A DNA stretch of 63,498 bases, counting the filler, from Guillardia theta CCMP2712 (taxonomy: Eukaryota; Protista; Cryptophyta), in the NCBI RefSeq assembly GCF_000315625.1. It is 3 parts of 3 records of this genome, joined end to end, with 100 filler letters (N's around TTAATTAATTAA, not from the genome) between each part and the next. Parts side by side here need not be neighbours in the genome. Positions count along the whole stretch, not along the records: positions 26,841 to 48,239 come from NW_005434357.1; positions 48,340 to 63,498 come from NW_005434659.1; 1 more part is not named here. The stretch is one strand, 5' to 3'. Both the position numbers and the translations under genes were made by a program. How positions within the stretch are numbered: position 1 is the first letter of the stretch; each line of letters opens with the position of its first letter. The notes beneath the pieces are model-generated. The model did no database searches. It worked only from the letters and a program-made list of their open reading frames with translations, and was not told the origin of the DNA. Of this stretch, positions 37,607 through 49,455 are shown piece after piece.

Positions 37607-38200
37607 CCTCCTCGTCTCCTCCCTAATGCTCCTCATTACCCCTGCTCGCTTCTTCGCCTGAAGCCCCTCTGCCGTCATCATCACCCTCCTCGCGTACTCC
37701 GGCCTCAGCACCTTGCTGATCGCCGCACGGCTCTTCCCGTACATCCTCGCGATGTCCCACTGGTGCACCGTCCTCCGGCACCTCGTCGACGACGGCGCCG
37801 AGTAGTACATGCACACGATGTCGAGCTTCTCCTGCACGCTCAGCCGGCTCTTGCCCGTGCAGGCCTGGCTGTGGGTCCTGCGGGCGTCGGCGTCCCAGCG
37901 GGGCTTGTCTCGGGAGGCAAGGAGGAGGTCCGGGCAAGCGCTGGCCATGTCTTCTTGGGGGTCCGCATGAAGGTCGTTGTGAGTTCGAGTTGAGAACAGT
38001 CCGCAGACGAGGCACGGGCCAGCGTCGTCCAGGAGTGGGGCACCGCAAGGGCATGGGAAGCTGAGGGGAGGGAGGGAAAAGGAGGAGGCATCAGGGAAGA
38101 AGGAGCAGGGGAGGTCGAGATCGAGAGGGGAAGGGATGGAAAGAGAGGATGGCGCGTGCGAGGAGTCGTCGGTAGCGGGAGGCAGGCAGAGGAACTCCAT
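37514..38200 (-). CDS. Zinc-ribbon + HTH protein with polyQ tail, copy 4
   Basis: ATG at 38200, CPCG..CLVC, HTH core, and (CAG)n polyQ at about 37556-37603. Confidence 0.75.
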
Positions 38201-38971
38201 GTTGAGAAGACAGAGAACGAAGAAAGACAAAGTTGTTCTGCCTCTTCCGATGCTGCTCCTCTTCCTTGGTCTCGGAGGCGGCACGAGGTGTTGGTTTCGC
38301 GCTCTAGGCTCTAATCTCCCTGTGGTGGGTGGGGTAGTGGTGGGTAACCTGAGCGTTTGCGCTGTCCGTCGCTGTTGTAGGGGTAGGGTGATAACTCTAC
38401 AAGGATTCCGAGACAGAGGTTTTCTAGATTAGCAAAAATCTTTAATCATTTCACACAATGTCATTGTGCACTGCGGGGTTAGCTGCTTCACACCAGTGCT
38501 TGTGCTGAAAAGTCTCGGAGAACCTCAGAGGGGGAACGTTCAACTCGAAGAATATAAGTACATTATAAGAATATAAGTCTATTCTTCCTCTACATTCTCT
38601 ATTGCTGAGATGCTGAATTCATCAGCGAGCTCTCACGCGACAAGACCAATGGCGTCATCTACCTGAGCGACGACGCCAGAGGACGATCCATGCGACGACC
38701 CATCCAACTCCACGGAGCACTTGTAGACATGCTTCTTTCTGGATTGAGCGTGTGGGAGTCAAATACAGTCAGTCGAGGGTCGCGAATGGGTTTGAGCTAT
38801 CCAGAGAAGTTTGCTGTTCAAGAATTGACGAGGGGCAAGAAAGGAAATTCTTGATGGAAACAATCCAGAGGGTCATGAGATTTTAAGCCCATGGTTGTTC
38901 TTTAATACAGTTTCAAAAGCACACACGAACATTTCAAAGAGAACAACGAATCAAGCTGATCCTGCAAACAC

Positions 38972-39299
38972 CTAGCATTGTTCCAAAGCTGGAAGCCCAG
39001 TCGCGTTCCTTGTCCTTCTCTCCCCCTCCTTCCTGATGCTCTCCAGTATCAGCCCCCTCTCTGGCACTTCCTCCCCCTCCTTCGTCATCATCACCCTCCT
39101 CGCGTACTCCNNNNNNNNNNNNNNNNNNNNNNNNNNNNNNNNNNNNNNNNNNNNNNNNNNNNNNNNNNNNNNNNNNNNNNNNNNNNNNNNNNNNNNNNNN
39201 NNNNNNNNNNNNNNNNNNNNNNNNNNNNTCTTCTTGAGGGTCCGCATGAAGGTCGTTGTGAGTTCGAGTTGAGAACAGTCCGCAGACGAGGCACGGGCC
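38972..39299 (-). CDS. Zinc-ribbon + HTH gene, copy 5 (partial, gapped)
   Basis: The 3' part matches copy 6. 39229-39299 matches the copy 4 zinc-ribbon region (37950-38020). Confidence 0.55.
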
Positions 39300-40263
39300 N
39301 NNNNNNNNNNNNNNNNNNNNNNNNNNNNNNNNNNNNNNNNNNNNNNNNNNNNNNNNNNNNNNNNNNNNNNNNNNNNNNNNNNNNNNNNNNNNNNNNNNNN
39401 NNNNNNNNNNNNNNNNNNNNNNNNNNNNNNNNNNNNNNNNNNNNNNNNNNNNNNNNNNNNNNNNNNNNNNNNNNNNNNNNNNNNNNNNNNNNNNNNNNNN
39501 NNNNNNNNNNNNNNNNNNNNNNNNNNNNNNNNNNNNNNNNNNNNNNNNNNNNNNNNNNNNNNNNNNNNNNNNNNNNNNNNNNNNNNNNNNNNNNNNNNNN
39601 NNNNNNNNNNNNNNNNNNNNNNNNNNNNNNNNNNNNNNNNNNNNNNNNNNNNNNNNNNNNNNNNNNNNNNNNNNNNNNNNNNNNNNNNNNNNNNNNATTC
39701 CGAGACAGAGGTTTTCTAGATTAGCAAAAATCTTTAATCATTTCACACAATGTCATTGTGCACTGCGGGGTTAGCTGCTTCACACCAGTGCTTGTGCTGA
39801 AAAGTCTCGGAGAACCTCAGAGGGGGAACGTTCAACTCGAAGAATATAAGTACATTATAAGAATATAAGTCTATTCTTCCTCTACATTCTCTATTGCTGA
39901 GATGCTGAATTCATCAGCGAGCTCTCACGCGACAAGACCAATGGCGTCATCTACCTGATCAACGACGCCAGAGGACGATCCATGCGACGACCCATCCAAC
40001 TCCACGGAGCACTTGTAGACATGCTTCTTTCTGGATTGAGCGTGTGGGAGTCAAATACAGTCAGTCGAGGGTCGCGAATAGGTTTGAGCTATCCAGAGAA
40101 GTTTGCTGCTCAAGAATTGACGGAGAGCAAGAAAGGAAATTCTTGATGGAAATAATCCAGAGGGTCATGAGATTTTAAGCCCATGGTTGTTCTTTAATAC
40201 AGTTTCAAAAGCACACACGAACATTTCAAAGAGAACAACGAATCAAGCTGATCCTGCAAACAC

Positions 40264-40906
40264 CTAGCATTGTTCCAAAGCTGGAAGCCCAGTCGCGTTC
40301 CTTGTCCTTCTCTCCCCCTCCTTCCTGATGCTCTCCAGTATCAGCCCCCTCTCTGGGCACTTCCTCCCCCTCCTTCGTCATCATCACCCTCCTCGCGTAC
40401 TCCGGCTTCAGCACCTTGCTGATCGCCGCACGGCTCTTCCCGTACATCCTCGCGATGTCCCACTGGTGCACCGTCCTCCGGCACTCGTCGACGAGGGCGC
40501 CGAGTAGTACATGCACACGATGTCAAGCCTCTCCTGCGCGCTCAGCCGGCTCTTGCCTGTGCAGGCCTGGCTGTGGGTCCTGCGGGCGTCGGCGTCCCAG
40601 CGGGGCTTGTCTTGGGCCTCGTGGTCGTAGCTGTCGGAGGTGCTGAGGGAGGCGGAGTCGTCGGTGTCAGGGGTGAGGACCTGGGGGTAGAGGGTCGAGC
40701 CAGAAGGGCTGCTGGGAGGGCTCGAGGTCGACGGAGCAGAGGACGCAGCAGCGGTCAGGGAGGTCGAAGCAAGGGCCACCGCATCGGGAGCAGGGCTGGA
40801 TTGGAGGGGCAGCAAAGTCAAAGAGGAGAGAGAGAGGAGGAGGAGGAGAGAAGGGGAGAGAAGAGAAGTCGTCGGCAGCGGTGGAGGGCAGGGCGAGCAT
40901 TGCCAT
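40264..40906 (-). pseudogene. Zinc-ribbon + HTH gene, copy 6 (several frameshifts, or sequencing errors)
   Basis: CSRCGG..CVLC, KPRWDADARRTHSQACTGKSRL and RRTVHQWDIARMYG lie in three different frames. Confidence 0.65.
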
Positions 40907-41729
40907 GGAAGGAACGCTGTGGAGAGCAGATTTAACCTCCGGTCCTTATAAAGACCAAGTCACGCACAGTAGTAAAGAAGGTCACCCGCGGGGGGTAGGG
41001 GGGGGGTAGGGTGGTGACTTCCGAAATCAGAGGAGGGGTGGCCATTAGAGCAGGTAAAAGAGTCAACATTGACTGGGGGTGCTAGGGATTTGGGCCTGCA
41101 GTGGGGTAGGGTGGAGACTTCATGTGAAGCACTCTTCAAGTTCAGATATAAAGCATCTGATCTTACATGTCTGTGTCCCTCTCAGTGTAAAGTAGGGGTG
41201 CAGTCGATGGTTGCAGTCAGCGCTGGTACTAATGGGAGATACAGTACCAAGTAGTCAGTAGTACGGGGTCAATGTAGTCGGTTGTAGTAGTAGAAGCCTT
41301 TGACAATGAAGGGTGATCGTTACGGATAAGGCAATGGCAGAAAGAAAACTTCGGTATTTTTTTTCTATGGAACAAAAAAAAAGAATGAAAACCACCCTCA
41401 TCCCTTCTTTGTCCCTTGCGACCTCTCCCCACCACTCTGCTTCCCCGCCGCCCTCGCCGCCATCCCGTCCAGCCTCTCATCTTGCCCGTCGGTGCTCATC
41501 GCCTCCTCCGATCTTCTGCATCTCNNNNNNNNNNNNNNNNNNNNNNNNNNNNNNNNNNNNNNNNNNNNNNNNNNNNNNNNNNNNNNNNNNNNNNNNNNNN
41601 NNNNNNNNNNNNNNNNNNNNNNNNNNNNNNNNNNNNNNNNNNNNNNNNNNNNNNNNNNNNNNNNNNNNNNNNNNNNNNNNNNNNNNNNNNNNNNNNNNNN
41701 NNNNNNNNNNNNNNNNNNNNNNNNNNNNN

Positions 41730-42040
41730 CCTGCTCTTGTAATGGTCTTGTCATCATCGATCTTAACTCACTCGCGCATCGCACCCTCTGTTCGAATGAT
41801 GGCCTCTTCGCAGTATTGGGATACAAGCCAAGCAGGAGCCCGTGCATTATGTTGACTAGAACAGGTGTAGAAGGGTCAACAAAAAGCTCCTCTGCAAGAA
41901 AGGCGACCCTGTTCCTCTTCAAGCACGGGATACTGTTGCATATCACATTCAATATGAGGTTTGACTTCCAGTCCTTCTGTATGAGACTTTGTGATATGAA
42001 TCTTCCGATATCTGGTAGGGTGGAATGGCGGTCGGTGATA
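41730..42040 (-). CDS. Hypothetical protein exon
   Basis: Complex protein-like ORF segment (LPDIGRFISQ...GLLLGLYP...PSFEQRV) bounded by low-complexity sequence and a gap. No family recognised. Confidence 0.35.
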
Positions 42041-42458
42041 CTAAGATGTAGCAACTGGAGGGTGGAGGGAGGAGGGAGGAAAGAAGGAGCAGATAGCAGG
42101 AAGGAGGCAAGATGCAGGAGGCAGGAGGCAGGAGGCAGGAGGCAGGAGGCAGGAGGCAGATGGCAGGAGGCAGGAGGAAGGAGAATGGAGAATGGTCAAG
42201 GTAGATTCGAAGTGAGAATCAGCGTGAAAGAGTGAAGACAAAAGGAGAAGGATTGCAGCTGTGCCAGGGATAGTGGTAGAGATGCAAAGATAATCCAGTA
42301 GCCATCGTTCTCAGATCTTGATCAAATACGATGAGCATGTTGTACATCAAAACCAGCTCCTCACTCACTAGGGCTTTGCGGTAGGATCAGACATTACAAT
42401 CAACTTCTTGTTACCCCTTCTCCTTGTCGCATCTGTTCTAAAACAAGATTTTCCAGGG

Positions 42459-43019
42459 ATGTCTCATGGAAAATGGTTGCCGGCTGTACTGGCATGTGCG
42501 GCTCTGGTACTTATCACCCTGCATGCTGTGCCAGCGCGTCAGTCGCTCCTGTCAAGGGAGAGCACGCGCAAGGACTTGCAGGAAGAAGCTGAGTACAAGA
42601 AGATGTGGAGCAGGATGGACTCAGCGGATGAGGCCACGGCAAGGAAGGTGGATATGCTGCACAAGGAGCGGTATGAGCTGGGGGTCGGGACGCGGTATGC
42701 TTCCTCGCATGCCGCGAGCATGTTTGGTGGTGCACCCCAGCGGGACAGGAGGGCGGAGGAGTTGCGGAGGAGGTTCGTGAAGGAGGTGGGAGAGGAGGAG
42801 GGGAGGAAGGTGTCCCTGCATGCTGGGAGACGAGAGGGAGACGAAGACGAGAGGAAGTCCGAGGACAGCTTCTTCGACCGGCTGGCAGGCAGCAAGGACG
42901 CAGCACACGAGGCCGTGGAGGAGGAGCATGCGAGGAAGGAGCGATGGCTCGCAGCCGTCAAGGCGCATGTCAAGCAGGCAGCGGATCGGAATCATAGGAG
43001 GGACATGCGATACTGGTAG
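42459..43019 (+). CDS. Hypothetical signal-peptide/anchor protein (probably the first exon of a multi-exon gene)
   Basis: MSHGKWLPAVLACAALVLITLHAVPA hydrophobic N-terminus with coding-like codon use. Possible donor TG|GTAGG at the end. Confidence 0.6.
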   Translation: MSHGKWLPAVLACAALVLITLHAVPARQSLLSRESTRKDLQEEAEYKKMWSRMDSADEATARKVDMLHKERYELGVGTRYASSHAASMFGGAPQRDRRAEELRRRFVKEVGEEEGRKVSLHAGRREGDEDERKSEDSFFDRLAGSKDAAHEAVEEEHARKERWLAAVKAHVKQAADRNHRRDMRYW

Positions 43020-43509
43020 GAGGAGGAGCCTGTGGGAGGAGAGGGGAGAGAGGGAGTGACAGACTGTAACAGGGACAAATTGGAGAGGGAGGATCGTGCG
43101 AAGGGCTCGGAGCACTCGAGCAGGTCTTGACCTCCACTGCTGATTCATATCCTTTGCTTTTTGAACCCCTTCCTGTTCCTCCTTCTATCTTTCCGTCCAC
43201 CCTAGCTTTGCTCCCTCCCTCCTTCCTTCCTCCTCCTTCCCCCTCCCTCCTCCCTCCTCCCTCCTCCCTCCTCCCTCCTCCCTCCTCCCTCCTACCCACT
43301 TCATCCTCCTGCCTCTCTCTCAGGCTTCAGAATTCCTTCTTTCTTTCCCCCCTTTCCCAACTCTCTCTCATTCTCGTCTCTTTACCCTCCTATCCTATCC
43401 TCTATACTCTCCTGCTCTCTCAGCCTTCCTTCCCTTCCCTTCTCTTCCCTCTCCTCCCCTCCCTTCTCTGCTCATCCTCGCTCACCTGCTTCTCAAAATT
43501 CCTCATCTG

Positions 43510-46270
43510 CAAGGTCTTCTGATGATACTCGCATCAGGATCATGTCGCAGCAAGAACGAAAGGAGTTCCAGGTCAGGCACTGTCGATCGTTGTTGTTGAA
43601 CCAGAGAACATGAAGTGTGTGAAGCACTTGTACAAACACAAGGAGGAGGGGAGTTGTGAAGAGGAGATGACAGAGTGGTGAAGCTGAATGTCTTGTCGAT
43701 CTCACGGAACAAACAGGAGGAGGAGCGTGAGATCGCAAATTCCGTCAACACGCATGCGCAACCGAATCACGCACAAGAGAAGACAGGAGCAGGAGAGACA
43801 GAGGGGGCGCGGCAACATGTCAGCCGGGTTGTGCGTGCCGAGCAGCAAGTGAAGCATGCTCTGTCGGCCACGAGAAATGTTGAAGGTGATTTTGAGAGTG
43901 AGACAAACGAGAGGAGGGGGAGGGAGAGGGGAGAAGGAATTGTGAAGACGAGATAAGCGAGTAGCGAGTAGCGAGTAGCGAGTAGCAAGAAGGAAAGAGA
44001 GGAGGAGGACGAATGGATGGAAGAATGAAGGATGAAAGACGGAGAGGGAAGGAGGACGGATGGATGAAAGGAGACAGGAGAAAGAGAATGTGTTAAGCAG
44101 GGAATAATGTTCCGTTGCAGATGCTAGTCAGGCTCCTGTCGACAAGAAACAACTCGCTGCCGCTCCATCACATTCCGACAAGTTACAGGATAACGGGCGG
44201 GGCCTTGCTAAGAAGTCTCGGGGACATGGCGGGTCTCTGAGAGAGGAGGATGGAGAAGAGGAAGCGAGGAGAGATGAGGAGATGAAGAGAAGGGAGATGA
44301 GAGAAGAGAAAGAGGTGAGTGAACAAACTTGGATGATGATGCTCTTGCTCTTGCTCTTGCTCTTGCTCTTGCTCTTGCTCTTGCTCTTGCTCTTGCTCTT
44401 GCTCTTGTTGTGGATGATGATGATGATGATGATGATGTTGATGATATGGCCACGACGACAACCAGAACGATAAAAGTCTTGATGTTGTTGTGGATGATGA
44501 TGAATATGGGGTTAATAATGATGTTGCAATGACGAATTGAAAGGTCAAACAAAGGGAACAACACGAGAAACAAATCATGAAGCACACAAGGTAAAAGTTG
44601 GCATCATTCAAAATCCTGTTGCCAATCTCTTGAATGCTGGACTTGTATCCTGAGCTCCCCCAAAAGTTCTGCATTCCTCTTTCTTTCCATCAATATTTCA
44701 ACCTCCTCCTTCTCCTCCTTCTCCTCCTCCCGCTCCTCCCTCCTCCTCCTCCTCCTCCTCCTCCTCCTCAACAACAACAACAACAACAACAATCAACAAT
44801 CAACAACAACACCAATCAACATCCTTCCTCTGTATCTGATGTTTCTCTTCTCCCAAGGTCCTCGTCGTTGATCAAACATCGCCACATCGCCATCAAGGAT
44901 CAAGTGAGAATAATCTCCCTCTCCCCCTCCTCCTGTCTCCCTCCCTCCATCCTCTCTCTGCTCATTCTGATCTCTCCACAGCTGGGCGACGACCTCGAAC
45001 GATTCATCGACAGTAGACCAGGTGGGCTCATTATTCCTCGTCTCCTCGAGTCCTCCCCTTTAGCCTCACAACCTCCTCCTCCTCCTCCTCCTCCTCCTCC
45101 TCTCCCCCCCCTCCCCCCACCTCGCACCCTCCCTCCTTTTGTTTTATTTCTTCGCTGATTTATCGGAGCAGGAGGTTCCAAGAGGCTTGAGCGTGCAGGT
45201 CCTCTCCTGTTCACCTTCGTCCCCTGCTAAACTTTGTGTCCTTCTTCCCCTCTCCTCCCCTCTCTTCCCCTCTCTTCCCCCTCCTCCCCCTCCTCTACCA
45301 CTCCTCCCTCCTTCCTCCCTCTCCCTCCTCCCTCCTCCCTTCTCCTCTCCTTTCTCCCTCTTCCTCCCTCCTCCCCTTTCTCCCTCTCCCTCCCTCCTCT
45401 CCCTCCTCTCTTCCTCCTCCCATCCTTTTCATCGCGCTGATCTGTGTACAGGAGTCAAAGTCTCAAATAATGTCGACAAGCTGCTGAGAAGCAACAAGAT
45501 TGTCAATGTAACTCCCCCCTCCCTCCTCTTCTCTCTTCCCCTAACCTTGTCTTAACGCTCAACTCCTCCTCCTCGTCCTCATCATCCTCCTCCTCCTCCT
45601 CCTCCTCCTCCTCCTCCTCCTACCCTTCCTACCCCTTACTTCCTTTTATAGCCCCAGCAAGAAGCTGTTCGTAAGGAAGTTCGCCAGGCCACACAGGGCT
45701 CCTTCAACCTTGTGCTCCCTTTATCACCTCCACTCCAGCTGGGCCTGACGACCCTGCCAGGTGGGGCTGCTGGACAACCTCTTCTATGGGACGCCGCTGC
45801 CGAGGGCGAGGAGGAGCGAAAAGTTTGCGGGCAGTGAGGGAGGAGGGAGGAGGGGGAGGGGGAAAGAGGAGTCAGTCAATCAGAATCTCTTCGGCTTCTT
45901 CGACGACGATAAGCAGCATGTGAGAGCTGGAAGGCTGCTGGGGGAGGGAGGAGACTGACGGAGCTGAGCAGAAGAAGATGAAAATCCTCCGCACTCGCCC
46001 CGCTGGTGAGTGAAAGGGAGGAGCAGGATCTGGAGAAGGAGAAGGAGGGGGGGAGAGGGGAGGGGGGGAGGGGAGGGAAGGCAGCGAGAGGAGGGAAAGG
46101 AGAGGAGGGAGATGGACAGACAGGAAGGCAGAGTGGGAGACAGAGAGCGACAGAGAGACAGAGAGAGACAGAAAGAGCGTGGGAGGAGATGAGGTGGAGG
46201 GAGAGAGGTTGTGACGGAGATTGCGACAGGCTTCAAGCAGAAGTACAACGTGTACAAGTACATCGAGTGA
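43510..46270 (+). CDS. Short exons of a hypothetical intron-rich gene
   Basis: Coding-like islands bounded by AG/GT, for example 44121-44313, 44982-45021, 45452-45507 and 45761-45919, separated by CT- or GA-rich introns. The model is not resolved. Confidence 0.35.
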
Positions 46271-46482
46271 AGAGGAGAAGGAGAAAGAGGAGCTCTGCCT
46301 TCTGATCGGAAGCCGTTGGTGACCACCTCCCTTTAGAGACATTGGAGGTTGGGGGGGGGGCAGGGAGGGAGGCAGCATCGATCCCTGTGAACTTGTAAGA
46401 GAGGTCGCAAGAGGGCAGGACGGAGAACTCGAGTCCGGGGGAGGAGGCGAGGTCGGAAGGCAAGGACTTGTGAAGGAGCCTG

Positions 46483-46483
<1 letters not shown>

Positions 46484-46541
<58 letters not shown>
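46484..46541. repeat. (CAG)n microsatellite
   Basis: About 19 perfect CAG units. Confidence 0.95.
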
Positions 46542-46542
<1 letters not shown>

Positions 46543-48239
46543 GGGCTACTCTAGTATGTTGTTGGTTGTAATGTAAACTGAAATGAGGGGGTCAACCTGC
46601 CCCTGCGAACTCAAGTGACCGCGGTTGTTCTACGGTATCGGGCCTGATAGTCCGGGCCGGGCGTCTGTCCGATCACTGAGTAACCGCCGCCCCGCTAGTC
46701 AGCTCCGTCGCAGCCGGGCCCGGCGGCCTGCCGGCCCCGGGTCCGGCGGTCGCTCATTGTGATCAGTAACGTTTTTTGTAACTGTCAAGTTACTGTGTTG
46801 AAGTTTAAACTCCTTCCGCTCTAATTTTAGAATACCTTTGGTAAAACATTTTTATGCTGCATGGAGACCTCTAATCGATCCGCTGTAGGCAAGCTGAAAA
46901 AGTACCCCTCCGAATGATCCTAACAGTGGAGACCCAGTGTGGGTGGGGTAGTGACAGTCATTCCAATTTAAGCAAATTAGGCTTATTTTAACAACATTAA
47001 GTCTGATTTCAGCACGATTCAAGCAAAATAAGCATGACCATTACAAAATAGTTTTATAATAAAATAGTTTTAATCGCCTTCGTGGATGCGACGTTTTATA
47101 AGAATGTTACTCATCCCATCAGCTAGGAGGGAGTGAAAGACATCAATACCTCTCAATATCATTTACCTAGTCTTCATATTCTGCCCTCAATTTTGTCTAG
47201 CAAAGTAAGTGAATTAACATTAGTTTTAGTTTAAAATGCTTCTGTACAGAGTTATACTTTCACTGGGTTTTCATTTTTAACCAGGCTATAATGCAGTTTT
47301 CAGCCAATCCGCTCCCTGCAATGGCGGCGGCGGCTGCGGCATGGAGGGAGCAAAGAGACGAGAAGGAGGGAGGAAGATGAGAACGAGTGATGAGATGTAT
47401 CAGGAGGAGATGATGAGAGATGGGAAGTCAAGGAGGATGTGAACGGGGTGCAGTAACTGGTACTAAATGATACTAAATGCGATGAGATGAGTAGGATCTA
47501 GTCGTAACAGGATCGAGAGTTAGGAGGAGGAGAACGACGAGGGTTGTTGTTGCAGGGCAAGTTTTCTCTTACGAATCCTATGATCTACATGTTCCTATTT
47601 GCGCTCCTTGTCACTGGTGATGTGGAGTGATGTAGGATACAGAGGTTTATAATGTTTGCTCACTGCCTACATGCGATCATACGAAGAGTGGACGATGATT
47701 GAGTTGCATGGACTTTGCTGGTGGTGTGAACTTGACCCTACATCATCACGCCGCCTCCTCCTTGCATCCTCCTCCTTGCACTCACAACGTATTCACTGCG
47801 CTCTTACACTCACGTCCTGCTTGCTGCAGTGGTCGCTTCTGACTTGTGCGGGTCGGAAACACAACTAAGGACAGGAAGGAGAAGAGACGATACTTCGCTA
47901 CAAAGATGTCAAACCAATTGAAGAATGCTATTCAGGTCTGTCGTTTCTGCGTTTGACAAGGCAGCTGAAAGACTCCATGCGCAGCGAGCGACGACCCCGT
48001 CGGAGGAGACTGATGAAGGAGATCCTATAGCTCTGGTGGGTGAGGGAAGGAGAAAGAGGTTGAGGGAGGATAAGGGAGAGCGACGGAGGGATGGTACATG
48101 AGGGTGAAGCAACCTTTGATGTCGGATGAGAGACGTTTTTGTGCTGGAGGCAACGTGCGTGCCTGCCAAGCCTAGAGGACATGCTGCTGTGTACTGCCGA
48201 ACCTCTGTCCTCCCATGATTGCTCCTCCTCCTCCTCACT

Positions 48240-48339
48240 NNNNNNNNNNNNNNNNNNNNNNNNNNNNNNNNNNNNNNNNNNNNTTAATTAATTAANNNNN
48301 NNNNNNNNNNNNNNNNNNNNNNNNNNNNNNNNNNNNNNN
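48240..48339. other. Artificial contig-joining linker (N44-TTAATTAATTAA-N44)
   Basis: Same design as 26741-26840. Confidence 0.95.
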
Positions 48340-49003
48340 TTATCGATTTCAGCTGCTTCTGCAATCTTCTGCAGCCGCAGAAGTACAACCACTGCAGGCA
48401 TGCTCTGCAGGGTCCTGGGCAGAGAGGTCGCAAGGGGCCGAGCCCGAAGACGTATGTCGCTGTGGGGCAAGTACGGGCACTCTCCAGCAAAAAGAGCTAG
48501 AGTGGGTGCTCAGCTCGCCTTTCGACGGCAAGCTGCGAGCAGACCTTGGCCTCGTTCAGAGAGAGCCGAGGCGATGGAGGGGGTGCATCTCACTCTCATC
48601 AGCGACGACGCCAAGCTCAGAGAGACGTTTGCAGTCGAGCTCACAGCCGACACCTTCGTGCCGAGGGGAAAGATTGCCAAGCAGAGGAAGGCACTTCGCG
48701 AGAGAGATCATGCGGGGCGCAGCAGCTTCAGAGTACAGATCAAGTCGAGGTCAAGCATGAGCACAGGCCGCTTCTCGAGGAAGGAGATGGAAGCGCTGTG
48801 CGGAGGAGGTAACACATCGATCACGAGAGTCAAGCGAGCCATGTTGGAGTTAGCAAGAAGAATGAACCTCAAGCTGGTCAGCGTCGAGGTCGAGGAGGAT
48901 CGTGACACGCTCAGCTGGGATGGGAGCCTGATAGCTCTCTCCCTGGCGACCAAGGCAGAGGCTCGACGCTTGATGGAAGACATGCCCTTCTACTTGGAAG
49001 GGC
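48340..49003 (+). pseudogene. Truncated ORF1 of a related telomeric retroelement, capped by telomere repeats
   Basis: EAMEGVHLTL..AVELTAD..GRFSRKEME.LC.GGNTSI.RVKR..SWDGS..PFYLEG aligns to the middle of ORF1 49456-51603. It stops abruptly at TTAGGG. Confidence 0.9.
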
Positions 49004-49078
49004 TTAGGGTTTAGGGTTTAGGGTTTAGGGTTTAGGGTTTAGGGTTTAGGGTTTAGGGTTTAGGGTTTAGGGTTTAGG
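49004..49078 (+). repeat. Telomeric repeat (TTTAGGG)n, about 10.7 units
   Basis: Perfect plant/algal-type telomere motif with the G-strand on +. Confidence 0.98.
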
Positions 49079-49080
49079 AG

Positions 49081-49365
49081 GCGCCGTTATTTTCGGCAGG
49101 CGCCGTTATTTTCGGCAGGCGCCGTTATTTTCGGCAGGCGCCGTTATTTTCGGCAGGCGCCGTTATTTTCGGCAGGCGCCGTTATTTTCGGCAGGCGCCG
49201 TTATTTTCGGCAGGCGCCGTTATTTTCGGCAGGCGCCGTTATTTTCGGCAGGCGCCGTTATTTTCGGCAGGCGCCGTTATTTTCGGCAGGCGCCGTTATT
49301 TTCGGCAGGCGCCGTTATTTTCGGCAGGCGCCGTTATTTTCGGCAGGCGCCGTTATTTTCGGCAG
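49081..49365 (+). repeat. 19-bp perfect tandem array x15 (5' end of element A)
   Basis: GCGCCGTTATTTTCGGCAG x15. Confidence 0.97.
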
Positions 49366-49455
49366 CATGGCTCCTCGTCAGGTGTAGGGGAAGCCGCCAG
49401 GGCGCCAAGGAAGCTGCAAGCGAGAGGTTTGTATACGTCAAATAGCTTTCTAAGT

